Shown one piece after another: positions 19,160 to 28,393 of a stretch of DNA of 64,000 bases. Numbering within the stretch: the stretch's first letter is position 1; every line of letters begins with the position of its first letter. Made by a program: the position numbers and the translations under genes. The stretch lies in contig CAYWQB010000001.1 of assembly GCA_964460785.1 (NCBI GenBank), positions 388,576 through 452,575 on the forward strand, read 5' to 3'. The notes under the pieces were generated by a model. It made no database searches. It was not told the DNA's origin and worked only from the letters and a program-made list of their open reading frames with translations. Origin of the DNA: an uncultured bacterium (GTDB lineage: Bacteria; Chlamydiota; Chlamydiia; Chlamydiales; CAYWQB01).

Positions 19160-19639
19160 ATGCGCAGAGACTTATGTGCAACTGTGTACATCATTCACGA
19201 AGACAAAGTTCTTCTTCTTTACCACCGTAAATTACAAAAATGGCTTCCTCCTGGTGGTCATGTTGATCCAAATGAAACGCCTGATGAAGCTGCGATTCGT
19301 GAGGCTTGGGAAGAGACCAATGTAGAGGTTGAACTCATCAGCTTTCAAACGGACTTAGATGTGAACAGGCCAAATGCTCGCTCGCTCCCAGCTCCTTTTT
19401 CTTGCCTACTTGAAGAGATCCCTGCCTTTGGAGACCAGCCTGCTCATCAACACATTGATATGGTCTATATGGGACGCCCTAAGACCTTAGAGCTCAAACA
19501 AAGTGAAAGAGAGAGTGATGGCCTACGCTGGTTTTCTATGGAAGAAGTGGACTTACTGATCAGTGATCAAGAAATTTTTGAGGAAACCAAAGAGACGATC
19601 CGTTACCTCATGCAAAAGCAATACTCCTATTGCTCATGA
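19160..19639 (+). CDS. NUDIX hydrolase
   Basis: Nudix box GGHVDPNETPDEAAIREAWEETN. GGAG RBS before the ATG. Confidence 0.9.
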   Translation: MRRDLCATVYIIHEDKVLLLYHRKLQKWLPPGGHVDPNETPDEAAIREAWEETNVEVELISFQTDLDVNRPNARSLPAPFSCLLEEIPAFGDQPAHQHIDMVYMGRPKTLELKQSERESDGLRWFSMEEVDLLISDQEIFEETKETIRYLMQKQYSYCS

Positions 19640-19696
19640 GGATTTTCTTTAAAACCCAAATATGAGAGAATAAGAGCCTTTTTAAAGAGGCTTTTC

Positions 19697-20809
19697 ATGA
19701 ATCATCAAGGGTTATTCATTGCAGCAACTGGGCAAGATGTAGGAAAAACGACAACTTGCCTAGGAATTATGCAAGGTTTACAAGAGTGCTTTTCTAGTGT
19801 GGGCTTTATTAAACCTGTTGGTCAGAAAACGATTCCTGCAGGCCAAGGAGTCTTTGTAGACAAAGATGTAAGCCTTTTTAAAAAACACTTTCAACTCACC
19901 TCTTCCTTAGAAGAGATGAGCCCTGTGATTTTCCCTAGAGGATTTACCAAAAAATATCTAGATGGAGAGGTCGATAATGCCTCTCTCAAGCAGCGCATCT
20001 TAAGCTCTTATCAAAAAATGTGTGCAGCTCACCCCTTCGTATTGGTAGAGGGTACTGGCCACTGCGGAGTAGGCGCTCTTTGTGACCTTCATAATGCACA
20101 AGTTGCCTCTTTGCTCGGCCTTGAGGTGGTTTTAGTCACCGATGGAGGCCTAGGCAAAGCCTTTGACCAGCTCACTCTCAACAAATCCCTTCTAGATCAG
20201 CTCGGTGTTCCTCTGCGAGGTGTCGTGTTAAACCGAGTAAAAGAGAGCAAGCGCGACATGTTACAGCACTACTTTTCCAAAGCACTGGCAAAGTGGAACG
20301 TTCCTCTTCTTGGCCTGATTCCAGAAAGCCCTCTCCTCACCTATCCCACAGTACAGGACTACCTTGACCTTTTCAAAACTTCGCTAATTTCAGGACACGA
20401 GCATCGTTTATGGCACTTTGAGCATTTTCGCTTGGTTGCGACAAGTCTCAAGGTCTATGAAGAGGTATTTGTTCCTAATCAGCTAGTCATTACTCCTGCA
20501 ACACGAGAAGACATTATTTTAGCTAAAATACGCCAACATGAAGCAACTGTTGCGAGTAGTGATAAGGGAGTTTTTGGAGGAGGAGTTTTAATGACCGGCC
20601 ATATTTCTCCCTCAAGTGCGATCCTTGATGCATTAAAAAAATCCTCTCTTCCCTCTCTCTATGCAAAAATTTCAGCTTATGATGCTTTGCAAAAGATCAG
20701 TCACTTCACAGCGAAGATTCATGAAGCAGACACGTTTAAAATCTGCAAAGCGATTAAACATACACGTACCTATCTCGATATGAACAGAATGTTGGAATGT
20801 AACCGATGA
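19697..20809 (+). CDS. Stand-alone BioD-like P-loop + DRTGG domain protein (phosphotransacetylase N-terminal-region homolog without the catalytic domain)
   Basis: FIAATGQDVGKTTTCLG P-loop, LNRV, and a C-terminal DRTGG-like VITPATREDIILA segment. Overlaps mnmA by 4 nt. Confidence 0.65.
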   Translation: MNHQGLFIAATGQDVGKTTTCLGIMQGLQECFSSVGFIKPVGQKTIPAGQGVFVDKDVSLFKKHFQLTSSLEEMSPVIFPRGFTKKYLDGEVDNASLKQRILSSYQKMCAAHPFVLVEGTGHCGVGALCDLHNAQVASLLGLEVVLVTDGGLGKAFDQLTLNKSLLDQLGVPLRGVVLNRVKESKRDMLQHYFSKALAKWNVPLLGLIPESPLLTYPTVQDYLDLFKTSLISGHEHRLWHFEHFRLVATSLKVYEEVFVPNQLVITPATREDIILAKIRQHEATVASSDKGVFGGGVLMTGHISPSSAILDALKKSSLPSLYAKISAYDALQKISHFTAKIHEADTFKICKAIKHTRTYLDMNRMLECNR

Positions 20810-21888
20810 ATGAAAAAGTAGTAATTGCCATGTCCGGAGGAGTTGACTCCTCTGTTTGCGCCTTAATGATGCAAGAAGCTGGGTATGAATGCGTTGGCAT
20901 GACCATGCGGCTTTGGAAAGGCCCTGAAGCAGAGTCTCTCAGCTGTTCTGATAAGAGCTGCTGTGGGGCAGAATCTGTAGAAGATGCACGCCTTGTCTGT
21001 GAACGCATTGAAATTCCTTACTATGCCATCAACTTTCGAGAAACCTTCTGGAAAGAGGTTGTGGAACGCTTTGCTGATGAATATTGCCAAGGCCGCACAC
21101 CTTCCCCATGTATCCTTTGTAATGAGAAAATGAAGTTCGATACCCTGTACAAAAAGTGCATGGAAATTGGGGCGCAAAAAGTTTGCACTGGGCACTATTC
21201 TCGCATCTATTTCGATGAGCACCGAGGCCGCTGGGTATTAGCGAAGGGTGTGGATACAAGCAAAGACCAGTCCTATTTTCTCTTCAGTATGACACAAGAG
21301 CAGCTTTCTAAAACCCTCTTCCCTCTTGGCACCTATCGTAAAACAGAAATACGAGAAAAGGCAAAGGTTGGTGGCTTAGTCACAGCATCCAAGCCAGAAA
21401 GCATGGATATTTGCTTTATTCCTGATGGAGACTATGCAGCTTTTATTGAACGACACTTCCCTGATAGAGTCCCTCCCAAAGGGGTGGTTCGCCATACGAA
21501 TGGTCAACAAGTTGGCGAGCACCGTGGCATTCATGCATATACAGTCGGGCAGCGACGAGGACTCAATATTGCTTTTGGTCAGCCTCTTTATGTCTCAGGG
21601 ATTGATCCCAAACACAATGAAATCCGCGTTGGCTCTATGAAAGATACAGAAAGAGAGTCCTGTACTGTCTCAAGAGTAAACTGGGTCTCTGAGGATGGCT
21701 CAAAACCTAACTACCAAGCAGCAGTCAAGCTGCGCTCTCGAAGCCCTGAGGCTGAAGCAACAATTATCCCCTTAGAAAATCAACGGGCAAAAATCATCTT
21801 TAAAACTCCTCAGCATGCCATTACTCCTGGACAAGCAGCTGTTTTTTATCAAGGAGACGAGGTGCTAGGAGGTGGGTGGATTGATTAA
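20806..21888 (+). CDS. mnmA: tRNA 2-thiouridine(34) synthase
   Basis: PP-loop VVIAMSGGVDSSV, GRTPSPCILCN, KDQSYFL and a C-terminal GGGWI. Confidence 0.95.
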   Translation: MNEKVVIAMSGGVDSSVCALMMQEAGYECVGMTMRLWKGPEAESLSCSDKSCCGAESVEDARLVCERIEIPYYAINFRETFWKEVVERFADEYCQGRTPSPCILCNEKMKFDTLYKKCMEIGAQKVCTGHYSRIYFDEHRGRWVLAKGVDTSKDQSYFLFSMTQEQLSKTLFPLGTYRKTEIREKAKVGGLVTASKPESMDICFIPDGDYAAFIERHFPDRVPPKGVVRHTNGQQVGEHRGIHAYTVGQRRGLNIAFGQPLYVSGIDPKHNEIRVGSMKDTERESCTVSRVNWVSEDGSKPNYQAAVKLRSRSPEAEATIIPLENQRAKIIFKTPQHAITPGQAAVFYQGDEVLGGGWID

Positions 21889-22823
21889 TGAGCCCACACA
21901 AAAAGCCACTTCATAGGGAGTTCCACAATTCCAGGTTTTATAGTAAACCGCTTGGTTAACCTCCGCTCATACTGGTAGCGAAAGCGAGCCATAAGAGGGC
22001 AAAGCTCATCATTAATCCCTCTCTCAATGAACTGCTGCATCCCCCACTTATAGAGCAGGCGCTGTCCTGCTCCATCTCCTACAATCCAAAAAGATTGTTC
22101 GTAAATTTGAGTCTTCACCTGCTGCATAGAAGAAAGCTGCTCTAAAATAAACTCTTCTGTCCCCTTGCAAAGCTCTTGCACACGCTGTAAAAAGGGAAAC
22201 TCTTGCCATTTCGGTTCTGTCAAGAAGTCAAAAAAAGGGCTAAGAACCCCTTCTTTGAGTCCTATAGGCATAGCTAAAGCAAGTGTCCCTCCTGGAGTGA
22301 CAGCTTTAACTAAGCGCTGAAGAAGCCTTTCCTTATTCGCAACTGTGGGCAAACCAAAGGGGATAAACAGCCCATCATACTGCTTGGTAGGAATCCAACC
22401 ATCCAAAGAGCCAAATAAGCGCCTCACTTGATGTGTAACGGGAGCACTTTGATTAGAGCTTGGGAACAGACAGTCAATGGTACTGCTTGGCCAGGACAAG
22501 CAAAGCTCTTGCAAAAAGCTTCCCCGGTCACTAGGGCCAAAAAACACAGATTTTGGATGCAGTGACAGGAGAGGTTTTAAGAGATGCATTGCCGGCAAGT
22601 TTTGAAAGTCACTCCAAAGCCACTCTCTTTTATTACAAAAGATTTTAGCGAAGTGGTCGCCCAGCTCCAAACTTTTGCCAAAACGGATAAAATCGCTCCA
22701 GGATATGCTCTCCTGTGAGCCCTCGACAGCAGAGTCCTGTTGTGCAGCTTCGCAAATATTTACATCTGAAGTCAAAGTGCTCTCCATAGGGGCAGCTTCC
22801 TTGTTCATAGGCATGATGGTCAC
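21885..22823 (-). CDS. Hypothetical protein, possibly a degenerate SAM-methyltransferase fold; start codon uncertain
   Basis: LVKAVTPGGTLALAMP resembles the post-II motif of class I methyltransferases. The first ~60 codons overlap the 3' end of the upstream GT9 gene, so a later start (for example Met79 at 22589) is possible. Confidence 0.45.
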   Translation of the reverse strand: MTIMPMNKEAAPMESTLTSDVNICEAAQQDSAVEGSQESISWSDFIRFGKSLELGDHFAKIFCNKREWLWSDFQNLPAMHLLKPLLSLHPKSVFFGPSDRGSFLQELCLSWPSSTIDCLFPSSNQSAPVTHQVRRLFGSLDGWIPTKQYDGLFIPFGLPTVANKERLLQRLVKAVTPGGTLALAMPIGLKEGVLSPFFDFLTEPKWQEFPFLQRVQELCKGTEEFILEQLSSMQQVKTQIYEQSFWIVGDGAGQRLLYKWGMQQFIERGINDELCPLMARFRYQYERRLTKRFTIKPGIVELPMKWLFVWAH

Positions 22824-23730
22824 CTGGAGGAGTATAAATTTTACCTAAACTTGGGCCGAAGATCCCATAGGAGGGAGTTCCAGTCGAAGCATTTAGGTGG
22901 AGTAAAAATGAATCCATTCCTATGAATATGGAAACGCGAGATAAAAGGTACTGTACTACAGGAATGGGGCTTTTAGGAAAGATAAAAACTTCTTGAGGAA
23001 AAGCACGAGCCAAGCGATCAACCATGCGTTTTTCAGAGTCACTTCCCCAAGTAAGAACAACACGTAGAGAGTCTCTTTCTAACAGATGCTTTAGAAAGTA
23101 TTCTAAGGACTCTACTCGGAGCTCTTTATTTCTCCACTGAGTCCCTGGTGCAATAGCTAAAACAGGGAATCCCTTTAAAGGTTCTAAAAAAGCCTCCACA
23201 GCTTGTTTTTGCTCCTCTGTGGTCTGCAGGCAGGCAGGCTTTGCTCCTTCCAAAGAGTAGTAAAAATCCTTATAATACGTCTGAAGAAGGTAGAGATATC
23301 GCTCGCGTACACTTTTTCCTGCAGGAAGGATCAATCGATGATTTAATGGAAGAGCGGCTGGCCATTCTGCAGCATACCTCCATGAATATCCCACCTTGTG
23401 GGTACTCTTTGCCCAAAAGGTAAACAGGGCAGACTTCATATTTCCTTGCAGATCGAAAACTTCGTCATAAACTGTGGACTGCAGCTGGCTCTTGAACTGC
23501 TTAACCTCCTGACGAATTTCTTTATTAAAAAGTTTTTTTCGCCATTTTTTTGTATGTACGCGAAGAACGCGATCAATCATCGGATGTTGATCACCTAGCC
23601 CGGCAAAAGGAGCTTCCATGATCCAGTGGATTTCACAAGTTGGATCTCGCTCCTTTAAAAAAGGTAAGATAACAAAAGCTTGTGCGATATCTCCCAGGCT
23701 AGAGGATTTCACAATCAAAATCTTTCGCAT
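22645..23730 (-). CDS. Glycosyltransferase family 9 (ADP-heptose:LPS heptosyltransferase-like)
   Basis: MRKILIVKSSSLGDIAQAFVILPFLK start and later GMDSFLLHL are typical of RfaF/RfaC-type GT9 enzymes. Confidence 0.82.
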   Translation of the reverse strand: MRKILIVKSSSLGDIAQAFVILPFLKERDPTCEIHWIMEAPFAGLGDQHPMIDRVLRVHTKKWRKKLFNKEIRQEVKQFKSQLQSTVYDEVFDLQGNMKSALFTFWAKSTHKVGYSWRYAAEWPAALPLNHRLILPAGKSVRERYLYLLQTYYKDFYYSLEGAKPACLQTTEEQKQAVEAFLEPLKGFPVLAIAPGTQWRNKELRVESLEYFLKHLLERDSLRVVLTWGSDSEKRMVDRLARAFPQEVFIFPKSPIPVVQYLLSRVSIFIGMDSFLLHLNASTGTPSYGIFGPSLGKIYTPPGDHHAYEQGSCPYGEHFDFRCKYLRSCTTGLCCRGLTGEHILERFYPFWQKFGAGRPLR

Positions 23731-23754
23731 TACTTTTGCTCCAATATTTTTGTA

Positions 23755-24204
23755 TTAGTCTGTAAAGAGAAGCTGCGAAAGGTGAAGGAGTTCTGTTTGA
23801 TTCTCTGTAGCATGAAAAAACTCTTTATCTTTGGCTTCTACTTGTGGAATGACTTGCTCTATTAACTGTCTTCCTTTGTCTGTCAAAGAGACCTGCTTTG
23901 TACGACTATCTGTCTCAGACTCTTTTCTTATCAGAAGCTCCATATGCACAAGTTGCTTAAGGGACTTTGACACCGTCATTTTATCTAGTTGGGAGCGCTG
24001 AATGAGTGTCACCTGGTAAGCTGTTTCCTCTTTTTCCTCATACCAACGAGTCAGTGCAAGCAAAACAAATTGAGGATGTGTGAGAGCATGCTTATCTAAT
24101 ACATGGCGAATAGCTCTTTGCCAGCGAGTGGTTACCTGCCAAAGTAAAAAGCCAGGGCTTTGCTCTGGCGTGGAAAAACCAAAGGGAGAAGAACACTTAC
24201 CCAT
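23755..24204 (-). CDS. MarR-family transcriptional regulator
   Basis: Winged-helix stretch TVSKSLKQLVHMELLIRKESETDSRTKQVSLTDKGRQL. Confidence 0.85.
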   Translation of the reverse strand: MGKCSSPFGFSTPEQSPGFLLWQVTTRWQRAIRHVLDKHALTHPQFVLLALTRWYEEKEETAYQVTLIQRSQLDKMTVSKSLKQLVHMELLIRKESETDSRTKQVSLTDKGRQLIEQVIPQVEAKDKEFFHATENQTELLHLSQLLFTD

Positions 24205-24625
24205 GCTTCTGCATCCTTACATATTGAACAAGAGCATCCATTTGCCTCTCCATCGATTGAGCAATCTCACGGATGACAAGGAAGACCCACAAATACTTGA
24301 GTAGACCTGTTACTTGGAGGCAGTTTGTTATGCGCACCCCTTCACCTTCTTCTTCAAGAAAGTGCAAATCATACATTTTTGCTCCCCAAAATGAAGTACA
24401 GTCTTTAAAAAATGTACCTTTTTTGAGGTCGACAATTTCAATTTGCACAGGCTTATGGCCTTTCGGCTGAATAGAAAACGTTGTTCCTTTTTCAAAGGGG
24501 TGCTGAATGTGGCTCCCCTCAAGATCTTCTTGCCAAAGGGGCCAATGATTTACATCAACAAGAGAATCCCATATCTCTGATGCAGAGATATTTGGGTAAT
24601 ATTTAGATACTTTTTTCTGCCACAT
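24197..24625 (-). CDS. SRPBCC-superfamily (polyketide-cyclase/START-like) protein
   Basis: SASEIWDSLVDVNHWPLWQEDL is typical of the family. Start moved to MWQKK (CAT at 24623-24625), which follows a GGAGG RBS. Overlaps marR by 8 nt. Confidence 0.72.
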   Translation of the reverse strand: MWQKKVSKYYPNISASEIWDSLVDVNHWPLWQEDLEGSHIQHPFEKGTTFSIQPKGHKPVQIEIVDLKKGTFFKDCTSFWGAKMYDLHFLEEEGEGVRITNCLQVTGLLKYLWVFLVIREIAQSMERQMDALVQYVRMQKHG

Positions 24626-24681
24626 AAGGCCTCCATAATTAGTAAACATGCATATAATATACAAATTTACTAATTGTCACC

Positions 24682-25104
24682 TCACTTTTTTGGATTTTTC
24701 GGAAAAGAGGCCACTCCTTCTCTAGACAAAGCCCATGGCCAAGCATCTTCCATCCAAACATCTACCTGTGGTTCAAATAGACTAGGATCATCTAAGCTCA
24801 TGATCGAAACGGTGCGCAAGTGAGGCCACACCTCTGGGCGACCAAAAAGAGTACTTCCACAACTCTTACAAAAACCTGCATATACCTTATGGCCACTTGC
24901 TCCTATTCTTTCATGCTCACTATAGTCTCCACAAACATTGATAGACTCTGTAGCTACAGCAATAAATGGATAGTAGGCTCCTCCTGTTGCTTGTTGACAA
25001 GAGCGGCAATGACAGCGCCCTACAAGCATAGGCTCTTGTTTGATGTGATAGCGAACCTTTCCACAAAGGCATCCGCCGGAGCACTCTTTTAAGTTATTAC
25101 CCAT
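24682..25104 (-). CDS. GFA-family (glutathione-dependent formaldehyde-activating-like) zinc protein
   Basis: CLCGKVRY...CHCRSCQ...CKSCGS cysteine pattern. Confidence 0.85.
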   Translation of the reverse strand: MGNNLKECSGGCLCGKVRYHIKQEPMLVGRCHCRSCQQATGGAYYPFIAVATESINVCGDYSEHERIGASGHKVYAGFCKSCGSTLFGRPEVWPHLRTVSIMSLDDPSLFEPQVDVWMEDAWPWALSREGVASFPKNPKK

Positions 25105-25945
25105 TTTTCCTCCAATCTAGCTGACTAGGTAGTGATGACTCTAAAGAAAGGTCCTCTCTCGTGAAAGGGTGAGTATAGCTTAGCTTCCACGCATGCAAAA
25201 GCAACCGGTTAGCTAACAGAGCCGCTGTTCCCCCATAGAGACGATCACCAAGTATCGGCCACCCTTGCTCACTGAGGTGGACCCGTAGCTGGTGTGTCCT
25301 TCCTGTATGCGGTTGACAAAGTAAATAAGAACAAGCCTTACCTATCGCGAGCCTTGTCCAATGAGTGATTGCCTCCACTCCTGTGGAACAGTTTCCAGTC
25401 CAAAGGTTGACGCCGCAATAAGTACCAGCTTTTGCATACTTTGTGTGAATGGTCCCCTTTTCTTGGCTCACTTCTCCCTTAACCACTGCAACATACTGCT
25501 TTTTGATGTTCCTCTCTCGAAACAGTTGACTGAAGGCTGCTTGAGATTCACTAGACTTTGCTAATAGGAAGACCCCTGAAGTTTCTTTATCCAGCCGATG
25601 AATTAAATGAAGAGGCTCATGATAGCGTAAAATCCGAGTAAACCAACCCGCATGACTTTCCACACCAATAGGTTTATCTACAGCAACAAGCCACTGATCC
25701 TCATACAGAATGGTTACCTGTTGAGGACTTTCTTGCACACGAGAGAGAATCTCTTCTCGAAGGGTAAGCTCATCCCCCTCTTTCACACGGTGTGTAGACC
25801 GGTCTAAAACTTGCCCATTCACTAAGCAACCATGCAGCTCGATCACCTTCTTGGCTTGCCTTTTTGACCAGTTTTGCCCAAGTGTCTCATGGACAACATC
25901 CATTACCCGCATCCCGCTATTTGCTGAGGAAATAATAATTTTCAT
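25097..25945 (-). CDS. RluA-family 23S rRNA/tRNA pseudouridine synthase with an S4 domain
   Basis: HRLDKETSGV catalytic motif, GRTHQLRVH, and an N-terminal S4-like segment. Confidence 0.9.
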   Translation of the reverse strand: MKIIISSANSGMRVMDVVHETLGQNWSKRQAKKVIELHGCLVNGQVLDRSTHRVKEGDELTLREEILSRVQESPQQVTILYEDQWLVAVDKPIGVESHAGWFTRILRYHEPLHLIHRLDKETSGVFLLAKSSESQAAFSQLFRERNIKKQYVAVVKGEVSQEKGTIHTKYAKAGTYCGVNLWTGNCSTGVEAITHWTRLAIGKACSYLLCQPHTGRTHQLRVHLSEQGWPILGDRLYGGTAALLANRLLLHAWKLSYTHPFTREDLSLESSLPSQLDWRKNG

Positions 25946-26034
25946 GATGGTTTTACCTTATGTAAGCAGTAAGTCTAGCAAACGCCTTCCTAAAGATAAA
26001 GCTGAGCAAATAAGCCAGCTCAAGCGCTGGCGAC

Positions 26035-26063
26035 TTGAAGCCTAAGCAAGAAGACTATATAAT
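26035..26063 (+). promoter_or_regulatory. Candidate sigma-70-type promoter for fabI: TTGAAG-N17-TATAAT
   Basis: Hexamers read at 26035-26040 and 26058-26063, with a hand-counted 17-nt spacer, 35 nt upstream of the preferred fabI ATG. Confidence 0.45.
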
Positions 26064-26097
26064 ATTCCATTTACTTTCGCCTTATTGGAGAAACCCT

Positions 26098-26997
26098 ATG
26101 TTTACAATTGACTTAACTGGAAAAAAAGCATTCATTGCGGGTGTTGGTGATAATAATGGCTTTGGCTGGCAAATTGCCAAAGCTCTTGCAGAAGCTGGTG
26201 CAGAAATTTATGTGGGCACCTGGACTCCTGTTATGAAAATTTTTGAAATGAGTCTACGCAATGGAAAATTCGATGAGTCAAGAAAGCTTTCTGATGGCTC
26301 ACTTATGGAAATCGCACAAGTCTATTCTATGGATGCTGCATTTGATACTCCTGAAGATGTGCCTGAAGAGATCAAAGAGAACAAGCGATACAAAGGAGCT
26401 GAGGGCTTTACAATTTCAGAAGTAGCCAAGCGCTTTGAACAAGAGCATGGCAAGTTAGATATTTTGGTCCACTCTCTTGCTAATGGTCCGGAAGTAAAAA
26501 ATGCTCTACTTGATACCTCTCGTAAGGGGTACCTTGCAGCACTAAGTGCCTCTAGCTACTCTTTTGTCAGCTTAGTCCGTTATTTTGGTCCCATCATGAG
26601 TGAAGGGGGCTCTGTACTAAACTTAACCTATCGTGCATCAGAAAAAGCTGTTCCTGGATATGGTGGAGGGATGAGTTCTGCAAAAGCAGCTCTTGAAAGT
26701 GATACCCGCACCCTTGCATGGGAAGCTGGACGAAAGTGGGGGCTACGCATCAACAGCATCTCTGCGGGTCCTCTTGGTAGCCGTGCAGCGAAGGCCATTG
26801 GCTTTATTGAAAAGATGATTGTCTACTCTAAAAATAATGCCCCTCTTGCAAAAGACTTAGATGCTCAAGAGGTTGGACAAGCGGCTCTTTTCCTTCTAAG
26901 CCCGATGGCCTCTGCCATCTCTGGAGAGGTTCTCTTTGTAGATAATGGCATGCATGCAATGGGAATCAGCCAAGATAGTCCTGCCCTACAAGACTAA
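26098..26997 (+). CDS. fabI: Enoyl-ACP reductase (NADH), FabI
   Basis: [24 protein letters not shown] start; [13 protein letters not shown] carries the Tyr/Lys catalytic pair. The track start at 26035 is probably too early. Confidence 0.9.
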   Translation: MFTIDLTGKKAFIAGVGDNNGFGWQIAKALAEAGAEIYVGTWTPVMKIFEMSLRNGKFDESRKLSDGSLMEIAQVYSMDAAFDTPEDVPEEIKENKRYKGAEGFTISEVAKRFEQEHGKLDILVHSLANGPEVKNALLDTSRKGYLAALSASSYSFVSLVRYFGPIMSEGGSVLNLTYRASEKAVPGYGGGMSSAKAALESDTRTLAWEAGRKWGLRINSISAGPLGSRAAKAIGFIEKMIVYSKNNAPLAKDLDAQEVGQAALFLLSPMASAISGEVLFVDNGMHAMGISQDSPALQD

Positions 26998-28340
26998 TGC
27001 CCCTTTGCTAAAAAAGCATGAAACTCTGCAGAGAGATCAGGGTTTTCACTCTGAATTTGCTCGTAGAGAGAACGCGCTCGCTCCCTTTCTCCTTTTTGAT
27101 GCAGGCCAATAGCCAAGCCTAAATCAACTCGTGGAGAGGGAGCTTCTTTTTGCAGTTTTTCAAAATGAGTGATCGCTCTTGACCACTGGCGATTGCCTAG
27201 CAGTTGGAATCCTTTTTCCACTTTTGGATCTACCTTTTTCTCTGCTTCTTGTTTAGAGCGAAGCTTGAGAAAAAGATCCCGAGCATTTGCAATTGGACGA
27301 AGTTCGGTATTACCAACTTCCTGTCGCATTTTGTCTACTTCATTCAGTTGCTGATTTAACTCAGGGTCATTAAGCAAATCATCTAGTTCTAGAAAATCTT
27401 TTGGACGATTTTTAGTCTCTTCTTCTATACAACGCCTCACAAACTGCCTCCACCGTTTTGGAAGTTGTTCTATTCCTTCTTGCTTTTTGTGAACAGCATC
27501 CATTCCTCCAAACAAGTATAAAGCAAGCACTCCAAAGGAATAATAATCACTTGCCTGGGATAAGCCATGTAAGACTTCCGGAGCCAAGAAATCTCTTATT
27601 TGAGACTCCTTCTTACAAAGTTCATGTTGGAGCCACCCTGAGATCTTTTTCTCTTCAAAAGCCCAAAGGATGCCTGGTGTTTTGAGCTGTACAGAGTGTA
27701 AATTGACCTGCTGCTGTTCAATTAAAATTTCAGAGGGTGTAATCAAGCCATGGAAAACAGCTCGTCCTTCTAAGGGAGGCATGCTATGCAAATAGGCTAA
27801 GGCTGTGGCTAGCTGTAAGAGAATGGATTCCTTTTCTATATCACTCAAAGAGTGATCCATTAAGTGCCAATCAAGCGGACAAGCAGCCTTTCCATGTACC
27901 TGCCAATCTTGCACAATAGCCCCAAGCCCCTTGTCTTCAAATAATTCAAAAGATCCAATCCCGGGAACAGGCTCGGCTTCAATATTTTGATGATAAAGCC
28001 TCAGGCGCTGCCAAAAAAGAGAGCTAAGCAATTGCCTGTAAAATACCACCCCCTCTTTAGCACTTTCCCCTGTTTTTTTGGGCCTGTTCATACGAATAGC
28101 AAACAAGCCTGGCTGCCAGCGACCAAAACTGTCATACTTTGCTTCAATGCGCTTGCGAATACTTTGAAAAGTCTCAAAATCTTGGCGAACTAATGCCTTT
28201 TCCCCCTTCTTTCTTAGCAAGATACGCAAGTATAGCAAAGCTGAAATGATGAAAAGAGCAGCAAAGATACTAAGAAAAATAATGACAGGACTCTCTTGTG
28301 CCAACTGAAAGCGCTCAAGAAATGACATCCCTACCCCCAC
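26994..28340 (-). CDS. Membrane-anchored protein-kinase-like domain (predicted pseudokinase) with a C-terminal TPR-like region
   Basis: N-terminal TM helix. Kinase-fold landmarks are [28 protein letters not shown] and NRP. The catalytic loop reads [13 protein letters not shown] instead of HRDLKPxN, and VAIK reads FAIR. Confidence 0.6.
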   Translation of the reverse strand: MGVGMSFLERFQLAQESPVIIFLSIFAALFIISALLYLRILLRKKGEKALVRQDFETFQSIRKRIEAKYDSFGRWQPGLFAIRMNRPKKTGESAKEGVVFYRQLLSSLFWQRLRLYHQNIEAEPVPGIGSFELFEDKGLGAIVQDWQVHGKAACPLDWHLMDHSLSDIEKESILLQLATALAYLHSMPPLEGRAVFHGLITPSEILIEQQQVNLHSVQLKTPGILWAFEEKKISGWLQHELCKKESQIRDFLAPEVLHGLSQASDYYSFGVLALYLFGGMDAVHKKQEGIEQLPKRWRQFVRRCIEEETKNRPKDFLELDDLLNDPELNQQLNEVDKMRQEVGNTELRPIANARDLFLKLRSKQEAEKKVDPKVEKGFQLLGNRQWSRAITHFEKLQKEAPSPRVDLGLAIGLHQKGERERARSLYEQIQSENPDLSAEFHAFLAKGH

Positions 28341-28393
28341 AAGCAGTCATTTACTGCAGGTTTAATCTATCAATCTTTTTTTGGAAAGGCGAG

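Noticed and set aside
20380-20420. Sigma-54-type promoter candidates at TGGCAC occurrences (for example near 20395, 38285, 46927 and 63853)
   Set aside because: In none of them does a GC dinucleotide fall at the required spacing of 10 nt after the GG, and most lie inside coding sequence.
20754-21259. Three antisense ORFs within mnmA
   Set aside because: They lie inside a conserved gene and have no supporting signals.
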